Shown: positions 7,224 through 14,830 of the stretch, piece by piece | Numbering within the stretch: position 1 is the stretch's first letter | Layout: every line of letters begins with the position of its first letter | Notes under the pieces: generated by a model | What the model saw: only the letters and a program-made list of their open reading frames with translations | Told to the model about the DNA's origin: nothing | Databases searched by the model: none | From: a bacterium | GTDB taxonomy: Bacteria > SAR324 > NAC60-12 | Length of the DNA: 64,000 bases | NCBI GenBank assembly: GCA_965209155.1 | Contig: OZ242383.1 | Span: forward strand, 1,344,001-1,408,000 | Direction: 5' to 3' | Program-made: the position numbers and the translations under genes

Positions 7224-9245
7224 ATGTGTAGAGAAAACGTCGAGAACGTGCTTTCGGGAACGAAAGCAGGTTTCAAAGCAACCCGCAATCGTGTTTTTAA
7301 TCAAAAAGCAGAAAGGAGTACCATGAACCGTCAAAAAAGTAGAGAAATCGTCGAGAACGTGCTTTCGGGAATGAAGGCAGGTTTTCAAGCAATCCTTAAT
7401 TTTGTTTTTAATCATAAAAAAGAAAGGAATAAGATGGATCATCAAAAAAGCAAATCAACCTTCAGTGCAACCCTGCTGTCCCTCATCCTGGGTCTGATCG
7501 TCCTTTGGACTGGTTCGGCAGCCGTTGCTGCTGAGAAGAAGTATGTGATGGATCCCACCACTGGAAAAGAAGTGAGTGCACCTGAGTATGGCGGGACACT
7601 CACGTGGGCCGCTGCGAGTCATGCTCCGAATACTGACCCGTGGCACGTTGGTGGCTGGGCGCCTCACTTCATCAGTGGCGTTAACGAGTCGCTAGCCTTC
7701 ACCGACTGGGCAACATCCAGGGATATATTTAACTTCGCATTCTGGGAACGACCGCACGAGACCACTAGAGGGAATCTGGCTGAAAGCTGGTCAATGCCCG
7801 ACGATACAACGTTGATCATCAACATCCGCCAGGGCGTTCACTACGCCCTTGATCCAGACAGTGAAGCCAGCCGCTTAGTAAACGGTCGGGAGTACGATGC
7901 TTATGACCTCGAATGGAACTATCACCGTATGTTGGGTCTGGGCGATTTCAGCGAAGCCGAACTTAGCGGCCAAAGGGGTGGTACCACTATGGGGATAGAG
8001 ATCGAATCGGTAACGGCCACCGACAAATGGACGGTTGTGATCAAGCTGACGCAGCCTCAACTCAATGCGGAGTATCAAATATTAAACCCCTGGGTCATTT
8101 TGGGGTTGCCTCGCGAGGTAGTCGAGAAATACGGAGACTATAGGGACTGGAGGAACGTGGTCGGCACCGGGCCCCTGATGCTGACTGAATATGTCGAAGG
8201 CGTCTCTATTACCTGGGAGAAGAATCCTGACTACTGGGGCTACGACGAAAAATTCCCGCAGAACCGCCTGCCCTATATTGACGAGTACAGGTCCCTGCTG
8301 ATGAAAGAACCAGCAGCACGCCTGGCGGCCCTGCGCACGGGCAAGATTGATATGTTGGGTAACGCCGGAGACGCTAATATAGCCAGTATCGACAATCTGC
8401 TGACCATCCAGCGGACCAACCCTGAAATCGATGTGTGGCCCGTTTATGGTATGGGAACTGCGCAGTTCGTTTTTAACTTGGCTTTGTCGCCCACTTCCGA
8501 CCTCAATGTGCGCAAGGCACTGAATATGGCAGTGGACCGCGAGACAGTTTCCGCTACCTTCAAGGGTTGGGGAGATCCGGAACCTATTGGGTTAATGCAG
8601 CCCGTGGAAGGGTGGAGCTGGCCCTATGATGAGTGGCCCGAAGAGGTCAAGCAAGAATATATCTATAACCCGGAAAGGGCCGAGGAGCTCCTTGATGCGG
8701 CTGGATACAAGCGCGGCGCAGACGGCTATCGATTCAAGATCATGTTAGGCCATTACACCAGGTGGGATACGTCCTATTCAGAACTCGTCGGGGGGTACTT
8801 GGATGTCATTGGCGTTGACAGCGAGCTTGTTGTGTTGACTTTCCCTGAGGCTAGCGCTGAGACACACGCGCCCACGTCCCGGTTTGCGGCAATAAATACT
8901 AATCATGGGTACGCCGCCGGTACGCTTGTCCCACTCAAAAGGCAAATCCAAAAGGTTGAAGGCTGGAGCTACACCAAAGTGAATGACCCCCGTCTGGTCG
9001 CCCTGTATGAACGCGGCAAAGATTCTCTCGACATAGAGGAGATAAAGAGTATTTCTCGACAGACCGATGAGATCTTTGTAAGGGAGCACTTCGGCCTGGC
9101 CAAAACCCGAACCCCGCAGTTTAGCGTGAGCCAACCATGGGTCATAGGTTTTAGCGGTGAATGGAATATGGGGAAGAATCAACGTAATACCTTGTTTGCC
9201 CGCCTGTGGATTGATAGTGAGCTGAAGGCAGAAATGGGTCATTAG
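7224..9245 (+). CDS. ABC transporter substrate-binding protein, family 5, copy 2; most likely start 7434, upstream in-frame starts 7224 and 7323
   Basis: Signal peptide ...SAAVAA-EKK; PEYGG, LAESW, VGTGP, RLAALRTG; same MGH C-terminus as copy 1. Confidence 0.93.
   Translation: MCRENVENVLSGTKAGFKATRNRVFNQKAERSTMNRQKSREIVENVLSGMKAGFQAILNFVFNHKKERNKMDHQKSKSTFSATLLSLILGLIVLWTGSAAVAAEKKYVMDPTTGKEVSAPEYGGTLTWAAASHAPNTDPWHVGGWAPHFISGVNESLAFTDWATSRDIFNFAFWERPHETTRGNLAESWSMPDDTTLIINIRQGVHYALDPDSEASRLVNGREYDAYDLEWNYHRMLGLGDFSEAELSGQRGGTTMGIEIESVTATDKWTVVIKLTQPQLNAEYQILNPWVILGLPREVVEKYGDYRDWRNVVGTGPLMLTEYVEGVSITWEKNPDYWGYDEKFPQNRLPYIDEYRSLLMKEPAARLAALRTGKIDMLGNAGDANIASIDNLLTIQRTNPEIDVWPVYGMGTAQFVFNLALSPTSDLNVRKALNMAVDRETVSATFKGWGDPEPIGLMQPVEGWSWPYDEWPEEVKQEYIYNPERAEELLDAAGYKRGADGYRFKIMLGHYTRWDTSYSELVGGYLDVIGVDSELVVLTFPEASAETHAPTSRFAAINTNHGYAAGTLVPLKRQIQKVEGWSYTKVNDPRLVALYERGKDSLDIEEIKSISRQTDEIFVREHFGLAKTRTPQFSVSQPWVIGFSGEWNMGKNQRNTLFARLWIDSELKAEMGH
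7228..7450 (+). repeat. 111-bp in-frame tandem duplication, each unit ending in RBS+ATG
   Basis: cgagaacgtgctttcgggaa at 7241 and 7352; gaaagga-N5-ATG at 7323 and 7434. Confidence 0.9.
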
Positions 9246-9270
9246 GGGTTTCACCCCTTGTGGCTGACGA

Positions 9271-9300
9271 AGCCCCGATTGAATCGGGGCTCGCAATGAC
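9271..9300. repeat. REP-like hairpin between SBP2 and permease
   Basis: agccccgatt-g-aatcggggct followed by cgcaatgac; a degenerate equivalent follows SBP3 (~16790-16820). Confidence 0.65.
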
Positions 9301-9359
9301 AAAAGAGGAGTGGCAATGACGAAAGAAATGACGAGGGAAATCGTAATGAGGTGTAGCGC

Positions 9360-10364
9360 ATGAGAACCTATCTCATCAGGCGGCTATTGTTGATCATCCC
9401 CACCTTGTGGATATTGACCATCATAGTCTTTCTCTCGGTCCGCTTCATCCCTGGCGATATGGTAGACTCACTGGCGGCTCAGATTATGGCGCAGGGTACG
9501 GGTGACTATATAGACCGTGAAGCTATGGAGCGTATGCTGGGATTGGACGTGCCTGTCTACGTGCAGTATGGACGCTGGATAGGAGTGGTGCCGACCCCTG
9601 ACTGGGATACCGGTGAGTCCCACTTCAGAGGTCTCCTCCAGGGCACCCTTGGCGAATCACTGTGGGGCGGTTGGCCGGCAGAGAAGAGTCTGATAAGTAG
9701 ATTGCCAGTAACCATTGAGCTTGGTGTTCTGTCAATCGTAATCGGGCTCGTCATCGCCCTGCCCGTCGGCATCTACTCGGCGGTTCGCCAGGATACTGCC
9801 GCCGACTACCTGGGGCGCACCATCGCCATCATCGGCCTGGCCACGCCCAACTTCTGGCTGGCCTTGATGGTCCTGCTCTACCCAGTATTGTGGTGGGGCT
9901 GGGCACCGCCGCTGGAATGGGTTCCTTTCACCGAGGACCCGCTGGGGAATCTCGAGATGTTCCTCATTCCCAGCTTGATTCTGGGAACGGCCATGGCCGC
10001 TGCCACCATGCGGATGTCACGCACCATGATGCTGGAGGTGCTCCGGCAGGATTATATCCGGACGGCCTGGTCCAAGGGACTCAAGGAGCGGATCGTGGTG
10101 ATCCGGCACGCCATCAAGAATGCCCTCATCCCGGTCGTTACGCTCGTAGGCCTGCAGCTCCCCCTCCTGGTAGGTGGCTCCGTTATCATGGAGGAAATAT
10201 TTAACCTGCCGGGGATAGGTCGTATGTTTCTGGATGCCCTCGATCGAAGAGACTACCCGGTGGTCCAAGGTGTCAACCTGTTTTTATCCGCGTTCGTTAT
10301 GCTTAACATTCTACTTATCGACATGATTTATCCTTATTTAGACCCCAGGGTTCGGTATAAATAG
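9360..10364 (+). CDS. ABC transporter permease (DppB-like), copy 2
   Basis: Close paralogue of 3091-4101 with the same motifs. Confidence 0.95.
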   Translation: MRTYLIRRLLLIIPTLWILTIIVFLSVRFIPGDMVDSLAAQIMAQGTGDYIDREAMERMLGLDVPVYVQYGRWIGVVPTPDWDTGESHFRGLLQGTLGESLWGGWPAEKSLISRLPVTIELGVLSIVIGLVIALPVGIYSAVRQDTAADYLGRTIAIIGLATPNFWLALMVLLYPVLWWGWAPPLEWVPFTEDPLGNLEMFLIPSLILGTAMAAATMRMSRTMMLEVLRQDYIRTAWSKGLKERIVVIRHAIKNALIPVVTLVGLQLPLLVGGSVIMEEIFNLPGIGRMFLDALDRRDYPVVQGVNLFLSAFVMLNILLIDMIYPYLDPRVRYK

Positions 10365-10401
10365 TCGCTGGCGCGACAAAGGTATTAGGTGTTAGAAAAC
10401 G

Positions 10402-10471
10402 GTAGGGCCGGGTCACGTCCCGGCCATTGCATGCGATGCGTTTCTTAGGCCGGGACGTGACCCGGCCCTAC
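10402..10471. repeat. GTAG-type REP doublet (REPIN-like)
   Basis: gtagggccgggtcacgtcccggcc ... ggccgggacgtgacccggccctac, perfect 24-bp inverted arms; identical copy at 17882-17951. Confidence 0.88.
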
Positions 10472-10473
10472 CG

Positions 10474-11463
10474 ATGGAAATCAAGAACATGAACAACACC
10501 CAAGAAACACCCTCCCCCACCCGTGAGCCCAAGCGACGTTCCCGGCTGGCTGATTTCTTTACCAGGCTGGTGAAGGAGAAGCCAATGGGTATTGCCTGCG
10601 GGATTATCATATTGATATTGATTTTTGTCGGTATCTTTGGCGGTGTTTTGGCCCCTTATCCCTATAAGGAAATACACATGATAGACAGGTTTCAGGGCGC
10701 ATCAGCCAAGTATCTGCTGGGTACCGACCAGTTGGGGCGAGATTTATTCAGCCGCCTTATCTTCGGGGCTCGTATTTCGTTACTTGTCGGTCTGGCAGTG
10801 ACCGTGCTCAATGTGGTCATCGCTGTCCTGATCGGCGGCACTTCCGGATTCTTTGGGGGTAAATTGGACTTGGCGGTGCAGCGCTTTGTTGATGCCTGGA
10901 TCGCCTTTCCGGGACTGCTGTTGTTGTTGACCATCATGTCCATTGTGGGAAAGGGCCTCACCCAGATCATCGTGGTGCTGGGGGTTGCCGGAGGCATCGG
11001 CGGCTCGAGAGTTATCAGAAGCGCCGTGATCGCTATCAAAGAGAATGACTATTTTCTGGCAGCCCGGGCCATTGGCACCCCCACGAGCCAAATCCTGATC
11101 CACCATGTCCTGCCCAATATTATGGCCCCCGTCATTATTGTCTTCTCCATTAACATCGGGGGGGTGATAATGTCTTTGGCTTCTCTGGGCTTCCTCGGAT
11201 ACGGTCTACCAACCAACATTCCTGACTGGGGAGGGATGCTCAGCCGGGAAGGGCGCAAGTACATGGAGCAGGCCCCCTGGCTGGCGCTCTGGCCGGGGCT
11301 CTGCCTGACGATTGTCGTCTACGCCTTCAACATGTTCGGCGACGCGGTGAGAGACCTGCTCGATCCGCGACTGCGGGGTGGTCAGGGCAGTTACGGCACT
11401 GCGGTGGTGAAACGCAAACGAGGTTTCCTCTCCAGACTGATCAACCCCTTCAAATATTATTAA
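10474..11463 (+). CDS. ABC transporter permease (DppC-like), copy 2
   Basis: LLGTDQLGRD, HVLPN, PDWG, GDAVRDLLDPR. Confidence 0.95.
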   Translation: MEIKNMNNTQETPSPTREPKRRSRLADFFTRLVKEKPMGIACGIIILILIFVGIFGGVLAPYPYKEIHMIDRFQGASAKYLLGTDQLGRDLFSRLIFGARISLLVGLAVTVLNVVIAVLIGGTSGFFGGKLDLAVQRFVDAWIAFPGLLLLLTIMSIVGKGLTQIIVVLGVAGGIGGSRVIRSAVIAIKENDYFLAARAIGTPTSQILIHHVLPNIMAPVIIVFSINIGGVIMSLASLGFLGYGLPTNIPDWGGMLSREGRKYMEQAPWLALWPGLCLTIVVYAFNMFGDAVRDLLDPRLRGGQGSYGTAVVKRKRGFLSRLINPFKYY

Positions 11464-11551
11464 AGAATTTTTGCGGGTCTTTCTTTCTCTTTTGTGTATA
11501 TTTCAAGAAATCGCTTTGGGCTGCAGGTTTTATTTCAATTTCGCGAATATT

Positions 11552-11649
11552 TATTTAGATGAGCGTCGCATGTTGAGGACTTTCTTTGAAATATTGTGCC
11601 ACGCACCGCAAAAAGGCTGGTAGGCGTAGGCTCGAAGACTTTGTTAGGC
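11552..11649 (-). other. degenerate attC-like site (R' end missing)
   Basis: Minus strand reads GCCTAAC-aaagt-ctt[c]gagcct[a]cgc ... gcgacgctca: R'' box, L''/L' pairing with extra C and A; no GTT follows. Confidence 0.45.
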
Positions 11650-11757
11650 GGTTTGGTTTATCATTTCAGTGCTGACTTTCTCTCTCAAATCGAATTGACC
11701 TCATGCGATTGACCGTCAATCCCTTTAACTGGACAATCAATATGAATAGGAGGAATT

Positions 11758-12669
11758 ATGAAATTCGGCGCACAACTGCACAACCATGAAACAAGCTGGG
11801 AAGATTACAAAGCTGTTCTCGATACCATGGAGGCTGGCCGGTGGCACAGCGTTTGGTTTTATGACCACTTCGTGCCCCCCAGGAGCCATACCGACGAGGT
11901 TATGGAACACGACAAGATACCAACCTTTGAAGGCTGGACGTTGCTCAGCGCTGCTGCCGCGGCCACTTCCCGGTTGCGCATGGGTTTGCTTGTGGCCGGC
12001 AACACCTACCGCAATCCGGCCCTCATGGCAAAAATGGCAGCCACTCTGGATCACATTTCAAACGGACGTTTGGTGCTCGGCATTGGGGCTGCCTGGAATA
12101 TTCGTGAACACCAGGCCTACGGTTGGGAGTTCCCCTCGATGAAAGAACGCAGCGATCGCCTTGAAGAAGCCTGCAAGCTCATCAAAACGCTTTTTACAGC
12201 AGAGGGTCTCATTGACTTCGAGGGGCAATACTACAAACTGCATCAAGCCCCATTTGCCCCCAAGTGTGTGCAACAACCCCATCCTCCTATTTTGGTAGGC
12301 GGTTGGGGGGAGAAACGCACTCTTCGTACCCTCGCCCTGTATGGTGATATCATGAATATCATGGATGGCCCTGAGGAATTGACCCGCCTGAGCGGTGTGC
12401 TCGAACGGCACTGTGAGGCGGTGGGCCGGGACCCTTCTGAGATTCGCAAGACGGTGCATGTGGCGATCCGGATTGAACGGGATGAGCAGAAAGCGGCAGA
12501 GTTAAGAGGCGGTAAGGACTGGCAATTAATTGGTCCTCCTCAGTATTTGATCGATCGGGCTCAGGACTTTTTTGATGTGGGGGTCGACGAGTTCATGTTC
12601 TACTCTATTCCGAATAAACCAGAGTATTTTGCGGAACTCAACGAGGAGGTGTTCAGCACCTTTGACTGA
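11758..12669 (+). CDS. LLM-class (luciferase-like, probably F420-dependent) oxidoreductase
   Basis: SVWFYDHF, EGWTLLSAAAAATSRLRMG, YRNPALMAKMAATLDHISNGRL, PPILVGG; RBS ggagga. Confidence 0.9.
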   Translation: MKFGAQLHNHETSWEDYKAVLDTMEAGRWHSVWFYDHFVPPRSHTDEVMEHDKIPTFEGWTLLSAAAAATSRLRMGLLVAGNTYRNPALMAKMAATLDHISNGRLVLGIGAAWNIREHQAYGWEFPSMKERSDRLEEACKLIKTLFTAEGLIDFEGQYYKLHQAPFAPKCVQQPHPPILVGGWGEKRTLRTLALYGDIMNIMDGPEELTRLSGVLERHCEAVGRDPSEIRKTVHVAIRIERDEQKAAELRGGKDWQLIGPPQYLIDRAQDFFDVGVDEFMFYSIPNKPEYFAELNEEVFSTFD

Positions 12670-12672
12670 CCG

Positions 12673-12882
12673 TCATCCCTGAGCTTCGCTAACGACACGG
12701 CTCGCAGCTTCGATAGCCCCTGCACCATGAGGGATGTTCAGCGCTTTCAAACCTGCGTCGATCACCCCAAGCATGCCCAAGGTCATGTGCGCATTCACGT
12801 GCCCCATGTGCGCAACGCGGAAGAAACCATGGTAATTGAGGCTGGAATGCTCCGCCATGCCCAGTCCGAGGTCCAGGGTCAC
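12673..12882 (-). pseudogene. C-terminal fragment of a class V PLP aminotransferase (serine/alanine-glyoxylate type)
   Basis: VTLDLGLGM...HGFFRVAHMGHVNAHMTLGMLGVIDAGLKALNIPHGAGAIEAA; no N-terminus present. Confidence 0.7.
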
Positions 12883-12885
12883 TAG

Positions 12886-13110
12886 TGAGCCCAAGCGACG
12901 AGGCCGGCTGGCTGATTTCTTGATCAGGCTTCTCAGGGAGCAGCCCTTGGGGATTATCTGCGGAATGATCGTATTGCTCTTGATTTTTGTGGCGATCTTC
13001 GCCGATGTTCTGGCGCCTTATGAATATTATAAAATGCAGCTCTTAGGCCGGTTGAAGGGCTCGTCAGCCCAGTATCCGCTGGGGACCGATCACCTGGGGC
13101 GAGACTTGTT
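12886..13110 (+). pseudogene. 5' fragment of a fourth DppC-like permease
   Basis: EPKRRGRLADFLIRLLREQPLG...LAPY...LGTDHLGRDLL, then similarity ends abruptly at 13110. Confidence 0.88.
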
Positions 13111-13132
13111 GAACCTTTTTCCTATTCCTCCT

Positions 13133-13510
13133 CTACCCTAAAGTGCTTCTGACTTTCTGACGTACTTCTTGACACAGATCTAATGCTTCAGCAGCGATTT
13201 CTTGATCTACGGATGTACCAGGATAACGCACTTCTACTGCAAACGCACTCAGTCCCTGAACAGCCGAACGCAAGGATTCCCAATCTTGATCTCTTGTTAT
13301 CAGCAGATCTAACAAAGCCATCAGGTTATGAGTTTTACCAAAATCAATCTCTTCCTCCTGCAATTGAGCTTTTAGGTATTTCTCTGCGCACTGCTGACTA
13401 TGAAAGCATACTGCGTCATAATTGGGATCTCGTTGCACAGATAATTCCCTGATCGCTGTCCTGAAATCCCCTTCTGCCTTCTCAATCCACTCTTGAGTGA
13501 TCTGCTGCAT
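13133..13510 (-). CDS. HEPN-domain protein (toxin of HEPN/MNT pair)
   Basis: EWIEKAEGD, VCFHSQQCAEKYLKA, KTHNL, VRYPG; start at ATG 13510. Confidence 0.9.
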   Translation of the reverse strand: MQQITQEWIEKAEGDFRTAIRELSVQRDPNYDAVCFHSQQCAEKYLKAQLQEEEIDFGKTHNLMALLDLLITRDQDWESLRSAVQGLSAFAVEVRYPGTSVDQEIAAEALDLCQEVRQKVRSTLG

Positions 13511-13811
13511 AGAGTACTTGCCCTTTTTCGATAATTTCTCGTATGAATCCATCATTGAGGTTCAAACGTTCCTGAATTTTTTTTGGAGTACGGATAAGCA
13601 AATCGACAGGAAATGAAGGATTCGTTTGACGTAGAATCTCCCAAGACTTCCTGGCATTTTCCCCCTCAAAAGAAAGGACTACCAGTAGGTCTACATCCGA
13701 CTCTTCAGTAGGCTGACCGTAGCCGTAAGAACCAAATAAAATGATTTGATCAGGACGAAATTGCTGAACGATTTGATTACAAAACTTTTTGATCTGTGTA
13801 TGTTCAATCAT
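13482..13811 (-). CDS. minimal nucleotidyltransferase (MNT antitoxin)
   Basis: IILFGSYGYG, SDVDLLVV, PVDLLIRTP, IIEKGQVLY; overlaps the HEPN start. Confidence 0.92.
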   Translation of the reverse strand: MIEHTQIKKFCNQIVQQFRPDQIILFGSYGYGQPTEESDVDLLVVLSFEGENARKSWEILRQTNPSFPVDLLIRTPKKIQERLNLNDGFIREIIEKGQVLYAADHSRVD

Positions 13812-13864
13812 TCTAACTCATTTTTTATTCTTACTGTGTTCTTCTTATCGTTTGGTTTCTGATA

Positions 13865-13922
13865 GCGCAACGTTTCGCTCAGAGGCGCGGGTTCCGTGTC
13901 CTTTGGAGCGTATTGTGTACGC
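13865..13922 (-). other. attC-like integron recombination site (58 bp)
   Basis: Minus strand gcgtacac-aatac-gctc[c]aaagg[a]cacgg-aac-ccgcgcctctgagc-gaaac-GTTGCGC: imperfect palindrome, two extrahelical bases, terminal GTT; R'' box degenerate. Confidence 0.6.
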
Positions 13923-14328
13923 CCGACATGGATATAATCTAATGGGATGGAAGTCCCCCTGCAGGTAAACCACGGATTTCCTTATCCATGGAGCCGATCA
14001 TCCGGCACTGGCCGGAAACCAGCCAGCCACCAGAGAACAAACTGTTCCACCTCTTTCAGGTTTCATAGGTTTCAAAGGTTGCACACAAAGAATTTTATAG
14101 ATTCGCTTCTATCTTACCTTAAATCTTTTATATAGTGGGAATATTTATCAATTTCTTTCAGTTGGGCATAGGTAGCGGTTTTACCACGAAGAGCAAAGGA
14201 GCCGAGGTCAGCTCGACGATCGACGATATTGGCATCGAATCGTTAACGGCCGAAGGATCAAGCGTCGATTTGGATATTATATGAATAAAAACTCCGTTAC
14301 TGCTCGAATAGTTACTGTAAAATTTTGC

Positions 14329-14505
14329 TTGATTTTCGAATACGGATGGTTGTATAATGCGTTTGTCATTGGCAATGAATAACCAAATTGAAAAACATGG
14401 TTGACTAAAAATCGTCAGGCGAGTATAAATCTTTAATTTCCAGAGACAATGAGCGAATAAATGAAAAATAATTGTTGACTTTTCTTATTGAAGGGTATAC
14501 ATAAT
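14329..14505 (+). promoter_or_regulatory. three tandem sigma70-like promoters upstream of SBP copy 3
   Basis: TTGATT-18-TATAAT (14329-14358), TTGACT-17-TATAAA (14401-14429), TTGACT-17-TACATA (14475-14503). Confidence 0.55.
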
Positions 14506-14593
14506 CATTAAATTTTTCAGGATACGCTCATTGATTGGTCGTATTTAAAAAAACTTGAAAGGAAACTGAAATGCTTCTAAGCTCAAATAGTCA

Positions 14594-14764
14594 GTTCCCA
14601 GTTCCCAGTTCTACCCCCTTATATTATCTCGACCTCAGGCAGAGATCCTTAAGATTTCCAGTTCCAAATTCCAAGCTCCTGAATCGAAAAGGGAGAATTT
14701 GGAAAATCATAGATACCTGAGCGCATCCTTTTTTCATTCACTGTCTTATCAGGAGAAGCCTATG
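14594..14764 (+). promoter_or_regulatory. conserved leader upstream of SBP copy 3; candidate structured cis-regulatory RNA
   Basis: Homologous to 7012-7186; pairings ctcagg/cctgag, gatt/aatc, ttccaaattc/gaatttggaa. Confidence 0.55.
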
Positions 14765-14830
14765 GAGAAATCACGTCAGTTGAAAATGTAATGTTTATTC
14801 CTTCAATAAAATCAGATTTGGGAGATAATT

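Noticed and set aside
13925..14300. Intact cassette gene upstream of the attC-like site
   Set aside because: Only short interrupted frames on either strand; no product can be supported
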